Of a stretch of DNA of 64,000 nucleotides, positions 8,625 to 17,456 are shown one piece after another. The translations under genes and the position numbers were made by a program. The notes beneath the pieces are model-generated. The model worked only from the letters and a program-made list of their open reading frames with translations, did no database searches and was not told the DNA's origin. Origin of the DNA: Candidatus Parcubacteria bacterium (GTDB lineage Bacteria > Patescibacteriota > Minisyncoccia > Phycocordibacterales > Zambryskibacteraceae); contig JAIFWN010000001.1 of assembly GCA_019658995.1 (NCBI GenBank), positions 20,852-84,851 of the forward strand, read 5' to 3'. The stretch's first letter is position 1. The number at the start of each line of letters is the position of its first letter.

Positions 8625-10946
8625 ATGCAATACACAGAAAAAATCGGTTTCTGGAGCGTACTATTATTGATATTTCTTCTGCCAATCTTCTTTCTCCCTA
8701 CCGGGCTCGTGCCGCTCGGCATCGCCAAGGTGTCGCTTATCACGCTTGCGGCGGTAGTCTCATTCGGTTCCATCCTCGTCAATATGTTTCGACATAAGAG
8801 CATAGCCCTGCCGAAGAGCTATCTGCTCTGGATGATTCTTATACTTCCGGCCGTATACATTTTCTCCGCTCTCTTCTCTGGCACGCCATCTCTCTCACTC
8901 TTCGGTTATGCGCTCGAGCCGGGCACGGCCGCTTCCATGGCCGCCTTCTCGGCGCTTTTATTTGTCTCGGCGATTTATTTCCGCGACAGGCTACATCTCA
9001 TCAGGGCGCTTTCAGCATTTTTCCTTTCTCTCTTCATACTCGCGATATTTGTAGCTATAAAAATAATTACGGGAGGCAACTCGATGACGTTCGGTGTGTT
9101 CTCGGGCAGTATGGGCAACCCTCTCGGCGCATGGACAGACCTCGGTATAGTCTTCGGACTCTTTGCCATTCTCTCGACTATCGCTCTCGAAATGCTTCCG
9201 GTTGCCGGCATGGTCAGGGCCTTATTGTGGATTGCCTTTGTCCTATCGACAGCACTTCTCGTAGTTATTAATTTTTCCACGGCGTGGGTGCTGGTTCTCG
9301 GGTCGTCAGTGGTGTTGATTGTCTACCTTATGACCGTAGAACGATCGGGAAATAGCAAAGGAAAAGGTTCCGGGGTGCTCCTGGCGGGAATTCTTGCCGC
9401 ACTGGCGGTCTTATTCATATGGAACCCGTCGATTGGAGCGAAGGATCTGGTTTCCAGGGTTGCCGAAGTCACTAATGTATCCAATGTCGACGTGCGTCCG
9501 AGCCTCAGCGCCACATTGGATGTGACTAAGAAGGTTATAAAAGGTCATCCGGTATTGGGCTCCGGGCCGAATACTTTCGACAAGGACTGGCTCCTATATA
9601 GGACTCCGGCTACGAATTCGACTCAATTCTGGAACGCGGCTTTCCCGTTCGGGTTCGGGTTTCTTCCCACAGCTGCCGCTGCCACCGGACTTCTAGGATC
9701 GGCGGCCTGGATAATCTTCTTCATCCTGCTTCTGATGCTCGGACTCAAGGCTCTGTCGAGAAGTCCCGAAAACAAATCGGACCGCTTCATGATCGTGTCC
9801 ACTCTTCTCGTATCTCTTTTCCTGTGGGTCGGAGCTTTCATGTATGTTCCATCCATAACAGTTCTTGCTATGACATTCATCTTTACCGGACTCTTCGTCG
9901 CTGCGGTGCAGGCATCCGGAGTGGTGGAAGAGCGCGAAGTCTTGTTCAGCAGGAATAAGATAACTCATTTTACCTCCGTACTGGCATCACTCCTTCTGGT
10001 AGTCGCCACGGCCGCCTTCGCTCTTGGAACTTATAAGAAGGTCGCCGCCGCAATTCACTTCGAGCGAGCCCTTATATATTCGCAAACGGCTGGGAAATCG
10101 CTCGACGACGTGGAAAGCGAACTCGGCAAAGCCATTACAACGTCCCCATCCGATCCGTACTGGGGAGCGGTTTCGCAAGTCGAGCTTACCCGCGCCAACA
10201 ATGCCTTAAACGATACTGCCGGCACCGATTCCAAAAGGCAGCAGACCTTCCAGAATTCACTTTCGGCATCGATCGCCGCACTCCAGAATGCCATCGCCCT
10301 GAACCCGAGTTACGCCAATTGGATTGCTCTTGGCAATGTTTACGAATCTCTGGTTCCCGCGCCCCTCTCTGTCCAGGGTGCCTACGATAGCGCCCTTGCC
10401 TCATACAAATCCGCCTCGGCCCTGAATCCAGAAAGCCCCGAAATACCGCTTCTTCTGGCGAGACTGGAACTCGACAATAAAGATGTGAAGGCTGCCCGCG
10501 AGCATATAGCAGAGGCTCTGGAGAGGAAGCAGGATTACGCTGATGCTTACTTCCTGCTGTCTCAGCTTGAAGTGAGAGAGAATAATCTCAATTCGGCCAT
10601 AAAGTCTGCGGAGACCGGTGCCGTACTCTCGCCAGGTAATGCCGGGGTACTGTTCGAACTTGGGCTTCTTAAGTATGCCAACAGGGATTATCGCGGAGCG
10701 GCAGATGCTCTGAAGAGGGCTCTTGCCATAGTGCCGGACTATGCCAATGCCAAGTATTATCTAGGTCTCTCGCTCGACAAGCTCGGACAGAAGGCAGAAG
10801 CTCTGAAGGAATTCGAGGATTTGGCCAAGACGAATGCCGACAATACCCTGGTAATTCAGATTCTTGCCAACCTCAGGGCCGGCAGGAGCGCTCTGACCGA
10901 AACTCCCGCAGTCACCGGCAAGACCGCGCCAATAAGCGGGCAATAG
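8625..10946 (+). CDS. Polytopic membrane protein, O-antigen-ligase/Wzy_C-like, with C-terminal TPR repeats
   Basis: About 12 TM helices; PVLGSGPNTF motif; TPR helices (YADAYFLL, YANAKYYLG). Confidence 0.8.
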   Translation: MQYTEKIGFWSVLLLIFLLPIFFLPTGLVPLGIAKVSLITLAAVVSFGSILVNMFRHKSIALPKSYLLWMILILPAVYIFSALFSGTPSLSLFGYALEPGTAASMAAFSALLFVSAIYFRDRLHLIRALSAFFLSLFILAIFVAIKIITGGNSMTFGVFSGSMGNPLGAWTDLGIVFGLFAILSTIALEMLPVAGMVRALLWIAFVLSTALLVVINFSTAWVLVLGSSVVLIVYLMTVERSGNSKGKGSGVLLAGILAALAVLFIWNPSIGAKDLVSRVAEVTNVSNVDVRPSLSATLDVTKKVIKGHPVLGSGPNTFDKDWLLYRTPATNSTQFWNAAFPFGFGFLPTAAAATGLLGSAAWIIFFILLLMLGLKALSRSPENKSDRFMIVSTLLVSLFLWVGAFMYVPSITVLAMTFIFTGLFVAAVQASGVVEEREVLFSRNKITHFTSVLASLLLVVATAAFALGTYKKVAAAIHFERALIYSQTAGKSLDDVESELGKAITTSPSDPYWGAVSQVELTRANNALNDTAGTDSKRQQTFQNSLSASIAALQNAIALNPSYANWIALGNVYESLVPAPLSVQGAYDSALASYKSASALNPESPEIPLLLARLELDNKDVKAAREHIAEALERKQDYADAYFLLSQLEVRENNLNSAIKSAETGAVLSPGNAGVLFELGLLKYANRDYRGAADALKRALAIVPDYANAKYYLGLSLDKLGQKAEALKEFEDLAKTNADNTLVIQILANLRAGRSALTETPAVTGKTAPISGQ

Positions 10947-10960
10947 AAGGACAACAATAA

Positions 10961-12637
10961 ATGGTTCGTAAAATATTCGGGTTTTTCTACAAGGAGACCG
11001 ACAAGCTCCATCAGGCGGCATTCCTTCTTGCTTTCTTTTCCATACTCTCTCAGGTGCTGGCGTTTCTCCGGGACAGGGCGCTTGCCCATGTCTTTGGGGC
11101 GGGAAGCGATCTCGACATTTATTACGCGGCATTCAGGATACCGGATTTTCTTTTTGTCACGGTTGCTTCAGTTGTCTCGCTCTCTGTCATCGTCCCGTTC
11201 ATTATCGAAAGAGAGAAGCAGGGCAGAGAATCAGTAAAGAGTTTCGTTGACGATATCTTCTCGTTCTTCTCGCTCCTGATCATCGGAATTTCTGCAGTAG
11301 CTTTTTTCCTCATACCGAAGCTTAGTCCGATATTGTTCAAGGGATTCTCAGGCGAAGCTCTTGCGGATGTCGTGCTTCTGTCTAGAATATTTCTTCTCTC
11401 GCCGATACTTCTCGGCATCTCGAACCTCTTCGGCTCGCTTACTCAGGCCTATAACCGCTTCCTTATATACGCCTTTGCACCGGTTCTCTATAATGCGGGC
11501 ATAATTTTCGGCATAACCTTCCTTGCTCCGCGTTTCGGCATATCCGGCGTGGCCTGGGGCGTGGTGGTAGGTTCGCTCCTTCACGTCTCGATCCAGATCC
11601 CCTTTGTGATCAGGATCGGGCTTATGCCAAGGTGGAAACTTTTCTTCGATTGGAGGTCGATAAAGAGGGTAGTGGGGCTCTCTTTTCCGAGAACGCTCAC
11701 GCTTTCGACCAACCATCTGTCCACTATCTTCCTTGTGTCGCTGGCCTCTCTCATGACAGCGGGCTCCATCTCCATTCTCTCCTTCTCGCAAAATATCTCT
11801 TCGGTACCTCTGTCTATCATCGGAGTCTCATACTCGCTCGCCGCCTTCCCGACCCTGACCCGCTACTTCTCGGACAAGAATATAAAAGCTTTCGCGGAGC
11901 AGATGGCTCTGACGGTACGTCATATAATCTTCTGGTCTCTGCCTGTCATGGCCCTCTTCATTGTATTGCGCGCCCAGATCGTCAGAGTACTTCTCGGTAC
12001 CGGCCGCTTTGACTGGAACGACACTAGGCTGACGGCCGCCGCCCTGGCTCTCTTTGCCGTATCAGCCCTAGCTCAGAGCCTGCTGCTCTTATTTATACGC
12101 GCTTTCTACTCGGCAGGTCATACCAGGAAGCCTCTTCTGATTAATATTATCTCGACCTTGGTTCTCATAGCTTCCGCCTATGCTGCCGTCAAGCTCTATT
12201 ATTCATACCCGTCTTTCGGATACTTCATAAATGCTCTTCTGAAAGTTGATGATGTCCCGGGTACGGTGGTCCTGATGCTTCCTCTCGGATACTCGGTAGG
12301 AACCATACTGAACGCCGTCATACACTGGATTGGCTTCGAAAAGGATTTCGGCAGATTCCCGAGGGAGACGTATCACACTTTGTTCGTGTCGTTTGCAGCT
12401 GCGGTCTTCACCGGTATCGGAGCTTATGTAGGACTGCATATCTTTGTCTCAATGTTCGACATCCGGACACTGTGGGGTGTGCTGTTCCAGGGCTTATTTG
12501 CCGGAGTATTCGGCGCCCTGACCGGACTTCTGACGCTCTGGCTTCTGCGATCAGGAGAACTCTATGAGTTTACCCATGCTATGAAGATGAAATTCCGCGG
12601 AGTCGAACCCGTTGCCGAGAATCCCGAAATCGTGTAG
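10961..12637 (+). CDS. murJ: Lipid II flippase MurJ (MviN)
   Basis: LAFLRD..AHVFGAG..LDIYYAAFRIPD; APVLYNAGII; RAFYS..T.KP. Confidence 0.92.
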   Translation: MVRKIFGFFYKETDKLHQAAFLLAFFSILSQVLAFLRDRALAHVFGAGSDLDIYYAAFRIPDFLFVTVASVVSLSVIVPFIIEREKQGRESVKSFVDDIFSFFSLLIIGISAVAFFLIPKLSPILFKGFSGEALADVVLLSRIFLLSPILLGISNLFGSLTQAYNRFLIYAFAPVLYNAGIIFGITFLAPRFGISGVAWGVVVGSLLHVSIQIPFVIRIGLMPRWKLFFDWRSIKRVVGLSFPRTLTLSTNHLSTIFLVSLASLMTAGSISILSFSQNISSVPLSIIGVSYSLAAFPTLTRYFSDKNIKAFAEQMALTVRHIIFWSLPVMALFIVLRAQIVRVLLGTGRFDWNDTRLTAAALALFAVSALAQSLLLLFIRAFYSAGHTRKPLLINIISTLVLIASAYAAVKLYYSYPSFGYFINALLKVDDVPGTVVLMLPLGYSVGTILNAVIHWIGFEKDFGRFPRETYHTLFVSFAAAVFTGIGAYVGLHIFVSMFDIRTLWGVLFQGLFAGVFGALTGLLTLWLLRSGELYEFTHAMKMKFRGVEPVAENPEIV

Positions 12638-12648
12638 GTTTAGCATCC

Positions 12649-14472
12649 ATGCAAAATATTCGCAACTTCTCCATTATTGCGCACATCGATCACGGCAAGA
12701 GCACTCTGGCTGACAGACTCCTGGAGATAACAGGCACCATCGAGAAGAGGAAGATGAAGGAGCAGGTTCTGGACTCGATGGAACTAGAACGCGAACGCGG
12801 TATTACCATCAAGATGCAGCCAGTACGTATGAAGTTCGGAGAGTATGTTTTGAACCTCATAGATACTCCTGGACACATCGACTTCTCCTACGAAGTCTCG
12901 CGGGCACTGAAGGCTGTCGAAGGCTCGATACTTCTAGTCGATGCTACGCAGGGTGTACAGGCCCAGACCCTTACCACCCTGGGCATGGCGCGCGAACAAG
13001 GACTTGTGATTATCCCGGTTATTTCCAAAATCGATTCTCCGCTCGCGATGATCCCCGAGGTCAGACAGGAAATCATGACTCTTCTTGGTGTGGATGAGAG
13101 CGAAATCCTGATGGTTTCAGGCAAGACCGGAGAGGGGGTGAAGGAATTGTTGAATGAAATTATAAAGAGAGTTCCTCCGCCAAGTTCGTTCTCCGAAAAG
13201 TCCTCGGGTCGCTTCGCTCAACCAGACTTTTCTCGCTCCGAACTTGGCTCCGCACTTTTCCGATCTCTAGTCTTCGATTTCAAATATTCTAATCATCGAG
13301 GGGTGATAGTCTTTGTGCGTGCCATCTCCGGCAGGGTCAAGAAGGGTGATCAACTGGTGTTCAAGGTGGCCGGTAAGGAGTTCCAGGCGCTTGAGGTTGG
13401 TTACTTTGCCCCAGAGGAGACTCCGACAGAGAGCTTTGCCGAGGGCGAAATAGGATACATCGTCACCGGCATCAAAGAGCCCGGTATTGTCTCTGTCGGA
13501 GATACGGTCGCTTCCATCTCGGACAATAGTGATCCGCTTCCCGGGTACCAAAAGGCTCGCCCCGTCGTATGGGCTTCTATATATCCGGAGAGTCAGGACG
13601 ATTTCACTCTTCTCAAACAGGCTCTGGAGAAGCTCCGTCTCTCTGACTCAGCCTTCTCCTTCGAGGAGGAGTCGTCGGGAGTGCTCGGCCGCGGTTTCCG
13701 GTGCGGATTCTTGGGCATGCTTCACCTCGAAATTATTTCAGAGCGACTGCGCCGAGAGTTTGACTTGCCGCTCATTATTACCCTGCCATCCATCACTTAT
13801 GTTGTTACTTATAAAAATGGTAAATCAGAGACTATCTATACTCCGTCTTTTTTCCCCGAGGATTATCTCATCGAGAGCGTGCGGGAGCCTTGGGTCAAGG
13901 CAAAGATCATAACTCCTCCGAAGTTTCTTGGCGATATAATGAAGCTCCTGTACGAGCATGAGGCCGAGGTGGGTGAGACCGAGACTCTGGCCGACCGCAC
14001 GTCGCTCTCGCTCCTCATGCCGCTTCGCGAGCTTATGCGGGGCTTCTTCGACAAGCTGAAGAGTGTCACTTCTGGCTTTGCCTCCATATCATATGATTTG
14101 TCTGGTGAGAGAGAGGCCGATGTGACAAGACTCGATATATTGGTGGCCGACGAGCCGGTGCCGGCTTTTGCCAAAGTTATCTCCAGACGGCAGGTTGAGA
14201 GCGAGGCCGAGATGGCAGTGGATAAACTCTCAAAACTTTTGCCGCGTCAGATGTTTACACTAAAAATTCAAGGCAAGGCCCTCGGCAGAATTATTTCATC
14301 ACGTACCCTGAGCGGTATGAAGAAAGACGTGACCCAGCACATGTACGGCGGCGACATCACTCGCAAGATGAAATTAAGAGAGAAGCAGAAGAAAGGCAAA
14401 AAGAAGATGAAGGAGCGCGGCTCCGTGAACATCCCCCAGGACGTTTTCCTCAAAATGATCCGCCAAGAGTAG
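12649..14472 (+). CDS. lepA: Translation elongation factor 4 (LepA)
   Basis: [44 protein letters not shown]. Confidence 0.98.
   Translation: MQNIRNFSIIAHIDHGKSTLADRLLEITGTIEKRKMKEQVLDSMELERERGITIKMQPVRMKFGEYVLNLIDTPGHIDFSYEVSRALKAVEGSILLVDATQGVQAQTLTTLGMAREQGLVIIPVISKIDSPLAMIPEVRQEIMTLLGVDESEILMVSGKTGEGVKELLNEIIKRVPPPSSFSEKSSGRFAQPDFSRSELGSALFRSLVFDFKYSNHRGVIVFVRAISGRVKKGDQLVFKVAGKEFQALEVGYFAPEETPTESFAEGEIGYIVTGIKEPGIVSVGDTVASISDNSDPLPGYQKARPVVWASIYPESQDDFTLLKQALEKLRLSDSAFSFEEESSGVLGRGFRCGFLGMLHLEIISERLRREFDLPLIITLPSITYVVTYKNGKSETIYTPSFFPEDYLIESVREPWVKAKIITPPKFLGDIMKLLYEHEAEVGETETLADRTSLSLLMPLRELMRGFFDKLKSVTSGFASISYDLSGEREADVTRLDILVADEPVPAFAKVISRRQVESEAEMAVDKLSKLLPRQMFTLKIQGKALGRIISSRTLSGMKKDVTQHMYGGDITRKMKLREKQKKGKKKMKERGSVNIPQDVFLKMIRQE
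13179..13248. repeat. Palindromic REP-like element inside the lepA reading frame
   Basis: GCCAAGTTCG...CGAACTTGGC outer arms, GAAAAGTC...GACTTTTC inner arms; coincides with extra residues in LepA. Confidence 0.75.
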
Positions 14473-14608
14473 TGCCTAAAAAATCGGCAGATAGAGAAGC
14501 ACCATTGAGATAATGATGAGGACGCAAAGCACGATCCAGGCGGCGTTGATCTTCTTCTTGTGGCGCTTATCGAACAGCATTGGAGATCATGTTAGCATAA
14601 ATGGCACC

Positions 14609-14989
14609 ATGAGAGAACTCGAACAGAGACAGAAACTGAGGCGGCGGCTCTATTCACTCCCCGCACTTGCCATACTTCTTGCTATTACCGCCGGTTTGGT
14701 CCGCGGAGCCTATACTTTGATATTGAAGGAGCGGGAGAGCGCCAGCGATGCCAGGCTTCTTGCGGCTAAAGTAGGGATTTTGACCGAGCGGGAAGAAGTG
14801 CTCTCGGCTGAGATAGAAAAGCTAGAGACCCCGGCCGGCGTGGAAGAGGAGATAAAGTCCAAATTCAACGTCGCCAAAGAGGGGGAGAGGGTGGCGGTGA
14901 TAGTCGACCGGCCGGAGAGCTCTACCACAACGGAACCACAAAAAGAATCTTGGTTCAAGCGCTTATGGGCTGATATAATCGGCAGATGA
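14609..14989 (+). CDS. Septum formation initiator (FtsB/DivIC-like)
   Basis: TM plus coiled coil; GVEEEIKSKFNVAKEGE..VIVD; start reassigned to ATG 14609. Confidence 0.8.
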   Translation: MRELEQRQKLRRRLYSLPALAILLAITAGLVRGAYTLILKERESASDARLLAAKVGILTEREEVLSAEIEKLETPAGVEEEIKSKFNVAKEGERVAVIVDRPESSTTTEPQKESWFKRLWADIIGR

Positions 14990-15228
14990 AAAAAGTAGAA
15001 ATATATTCAACGCCCAGCTGCCACTTCTGCGGCATGGCCAAGGAGTTTTTTGCGGCCAACAATGTCCCGTTCACCAATTACGATGTCGCATCTGATACCG
15101 CAAAGCGGGCCGAGATGGTACAGCTCTCCGGCCAGATGGGTGTGCCGGTTATTGTCATAGACAACAAAGACCTTATCGTCGGTTTTGACCAGAAGCATAT
15201 ATCGCAACTGCTCGATATCAAGGCATAA
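14986..15228 (+). CDS. Glutaredoxin-like / NrdH-redoxin
   Basis: YSTPSCHFC, SGQMGVPVIVI, IVGFD. Confidence 0.93.
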   Translation: MKKVEIYSTPSCHFCGMAKEFFAANNVPFTNYDVASDTAKRAEMVQLSGQMGVPVIVIDNKDLIVGFDQKHISQLLDIKA

Positions 15229-15232
15229 GCTA

Positions 15233-15304
15233 TGCCCTCACTAGGAATCGAACCTAGACCGCATGCTTCGGAAGCATGAATTCTATCCATTAAACTATGA
15301 GGAC
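15233..15304 (-). tRNA. tRNA-Arg(CCG)
   Basis: Cloverleaf; CATGC-TTCCGAA-GCATG anticodon arm; GTTCGA T-loop. Confidence 0.93.
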
Positions 15305-15379
15305 TGGTGCTCTCAGCCAGAATCGAACTGACATCTTATCCTTAGGACGGATCTGCTCTATCCATTGAGCTATGAGAGC
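15305..15379 (-). tRNA. tRNA-Arg(CCT), CCA encoded
   Basis: GCTCTCA/TGAGAGC acceptor; ATCC-GTCCTAA-GGAT. Confidence 0.9.
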
Positions 15380-15424
15380 CTGTCTGCGCGGGCAGGCTTA
15401 GAGACAATATATCACACCGCTTTA

Positions 15425-15454
15425 TTATCCACAGCTTTCCCCAGCTTTTCCCCA
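15425..15454 (+). promoter_or_regulatory. DnaA-box-like cluster
   Basis: Perfect TTATCCACA at 15425 followed by two degenerate TTTCCCCA copies. Confidence 0.4.
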
Positions 15455-15560
15455 ATCTAGTCCACTTTCCGAATTTGACACAGTTTGCACAGATGCTTTT
15501 ATTGATAGCAGACCTTTCACGCAGTTCGCTGCAAGATGTACCTTTCACAGGAGTAGGGAA

Positions 15561-15857
15561 ATGTTGTCGCTGCATGCCGCACGTGCACTCGTTACGTTCG
15601 GCGATGAGAGCATCGAGAATGATGAAGACTTGATGCTCGCGTTGCAATATGCGAAACAGGCGGGTGACGGTGTAGTGGTGGCTTTCAATGACAGCACCGA
15701 TTTCTACGTCGATCCGACCGATACCATCGAGAGTGCGCGAGCCCGTCATTTCCAAACACGACAGGGTGAACGCCGTCTGAATTGGAACAACTACGATGGA
15801 ATCAATCGTCGCAGGGGTTTCGATCGTCGAGGTATCAAGTTTCTCAAAACCGCGTAA
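15561..15857 (+). CDS. Orphan protein with C-terminal ERR...RR..DRR arginine motif
   Basis: TTGACA at 15475, AGGAG upstream, 98 aa ORF. Confidence 0.7.
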   Translation: MLSLHAARALVTFGDESIENDEDLMLALQYAKQAGDGVVVAFNDSTDFYVDPTDTIESARARHFQTRQGERRLNWNNYDGINRRRGFDRRGIKFLKTA

Positions 15858-15950
15858 CGGGCCCTCCTCCCTCCCAGAGCAATTCCCAGAAAAACAAAAG
15901 CCGCTATGCTACCAATCCTACCCAGGTAAGCAAAGCGGCTTTGTCGTTTA

Positions 15951-16026
15951 TGGTGCCGAGGACCAGGTTCGAACTGGTGACCCTTCCCTCTTCAGGGGAA
16001 TGCTCTACCAACTGAGCTACCTCGGC
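15951..16026 (-). tRNA. tRNA-Phe(GAA), CCA encoded
   Basis: TTCCC-CTGAAGA-GGGAA; GCCGAGG/CCTCGGC. Confidence 0.95.
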
Positions 16027-16027
16027 A

Positions 16028-16261
16028 TTATTTAAATGTGTTCAGGACACCCTGAGCCTGTCTGAAGGAGTCGGAGATCGAGCCGAACTGCGGCTCGAGA
16101 TAGAAGTAGGCAATAACGAACGGCACAATAAGAATAATAATTTTTATGATTCCCCAGAGCACGGCCCAGCGGGCAGTGCTGCGCATGGAACGCAAGAGTT
16201 TGTTGTTCTCCTCAGAGATCTTGAGCGTACGCTCCAAGAGCACTTTATCCTCGGGATTCAT
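16028..16261 (-). CDS. Small single-TM CPR hypothetical protein
   Basis: LKISEENNKLLRSMR plus TM; TGTTAAAAT 6 nt before ATG. Confidence 0.8.
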   Translation of the reverse strand: MNPEDKVLLERTLKISEENNKLLRSMRSTARWAVLWGIIKIIILIVPFVIAYFYLEPQFGSISDSFRQAQGVLNTFK

Positions 16262-16299
16262 GGGGTGATTTTAACAGAAAACTGGCTAATTTCAACGTA

Positions 16300-16746
16300 T
16301 CAGGATCCCTTTACCTTGAGCTTGGTCTGTCTGTTTTTATCGAGCTTGGGGAGGCGCAGAATCAGGAGTCCGTATTTTTCCACAGCCTCAGCCTCGTCGA
16401 CGTCAACTTCAGCCGGTAAGACTATCGTGCGGGAGAACGAACCCCAGAAGAGTTCGCGATGGAAGTAGTCTTCCTTGCCGACGGTCCTGTCCTCCTCGCG
16501 CTTGCCGCTTATGGTAACGCTGTCGCGGCTTATGGCGACATCGAGATCTTCGGGCTTTACCCCGGCGACCATGGTCTTCAGGACGATCTCGGAAGGGGTT
16601 TCGTATACGTCTACGGTGAGCTGAGCCACTTCCTCATCTTCGAGAATGCTCTGACGCAGAGATGTGTCGGATCTCTCTATCGATATATTTTCCTCATCGA
16701 GCTTGACCGCACCGGTAAGGCGTTCGAAAAAAGATCTTTTTGCCAT
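16300..16746 (-). CDS. Hsp20/alpha-crystallin small heat shock protein
   Basis: VDVYET, AGVKPEDLDV, ELFWGSFSRTIVLP, GLLILRLPK; start reassigned to MAKRSFF. Confidence 0.93.
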   Translation of the reverse strand: MAKRSFFERLTGAVKLDEENISIERSDTSLRQSILEDEEVAQLTVDVYETPSEIVLKTMVAGVKPEDLDVAISRDSVTISGKREEDRTVGKEDYFHRELFWGSFSRTIVLPAEVDVDEAEAVEKYGLLILRLPKLDKNRQTKLKVKGS

Positions 16747-16760
16747 ATGATTATTATATC

Positions 16761-17456
16761 TTAACCTCTTCGGGGCGCAATCGACTTGGCCTTTTCGAAA
16801 CACAGAAGCAGTATTGCCACTCCGAGCCATACGGCCGAGAAGATGCGCAATGTTCCCGATCCGTTTTCCGCCACCAGATAGAGGTTGAAAGCAGTATGTA
16901 TGGCAACAGCTGCAGCAAGGCCCACAAGGCCATAGAGTATCTTCCTGCCTTTGGATTTGTAGAAGGAGAGAGCCAGAGCAAAGCCGATGGCGCCGGATGC
17001 CAATATATGAAGGAGGCTCGCTCCCAGGAAGCGCAGTCCGCCCGTAGAGAGTGCTACGGAGACATTTTGTTCCAAAAGGGGATTCCAGATGAAGAGAGCA
17101 TTCTCAAGAGCTACGAATCCGAGTGCGGCGGTGATCATATATATGAGTGGATCGGCCGGTTCGTCATCATCTTTGGTACGGAGAGCGGCAACATAGGCCG
17201 CTATAAATTTGAAGGTCTCCTCGATAGCTGCCCAGAGCAGAAATGGTGTTAACCCCAAACCGGGAAACCGGTGTGCTACCCACTTCTGAAGCGGCAGGAC
17301 CAAGAGAACGGCCAGCATTCCGAATAGGAAGGATTCAGCCAATCTGCCTCTGGGCTCCGGACGCTTGCTGTCCTCTCTGAGCCAGAAGAAGAGCCATACC
17401 AGAGCCGGCAGTATCCCTCCCAAGAGCGCATATATAATAGTGCTGGTGTTACTCAT
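16761..17456 (-). CDS. prsW: PrsW-family intramembrane glutamic protease
   Basis: PEP, IEETFK, LGFVALEN, LLH, IHTAFN motifs. Confidence 0.9.
   Translation of the reverse strand: MSNTSTIIYALLGGILPALVWLFFWLREDSKRPEPRGRLAESFLFGMLAVLLVLPLQKWVAHRFPGLGLTPFLLWAAIEETFKFIAAYVAALRTKDDDEPADPLIYMITAALGFVALENALFIWNPLLEQNVSVALSTGGLRFLGASLLHILASGAIGFALALSFYKSKGRKILYGLVGLAAAVAIHTAFNLYLVAENGSGTLRIFSAVWLGVAILLLCFEKAKSIAPRRG

Noticed and set aside
15425-15454. Replication origin
   Set aside because: Only one perfect DnaA box, and no dnaA/dnaN or clear unwinding element nearby
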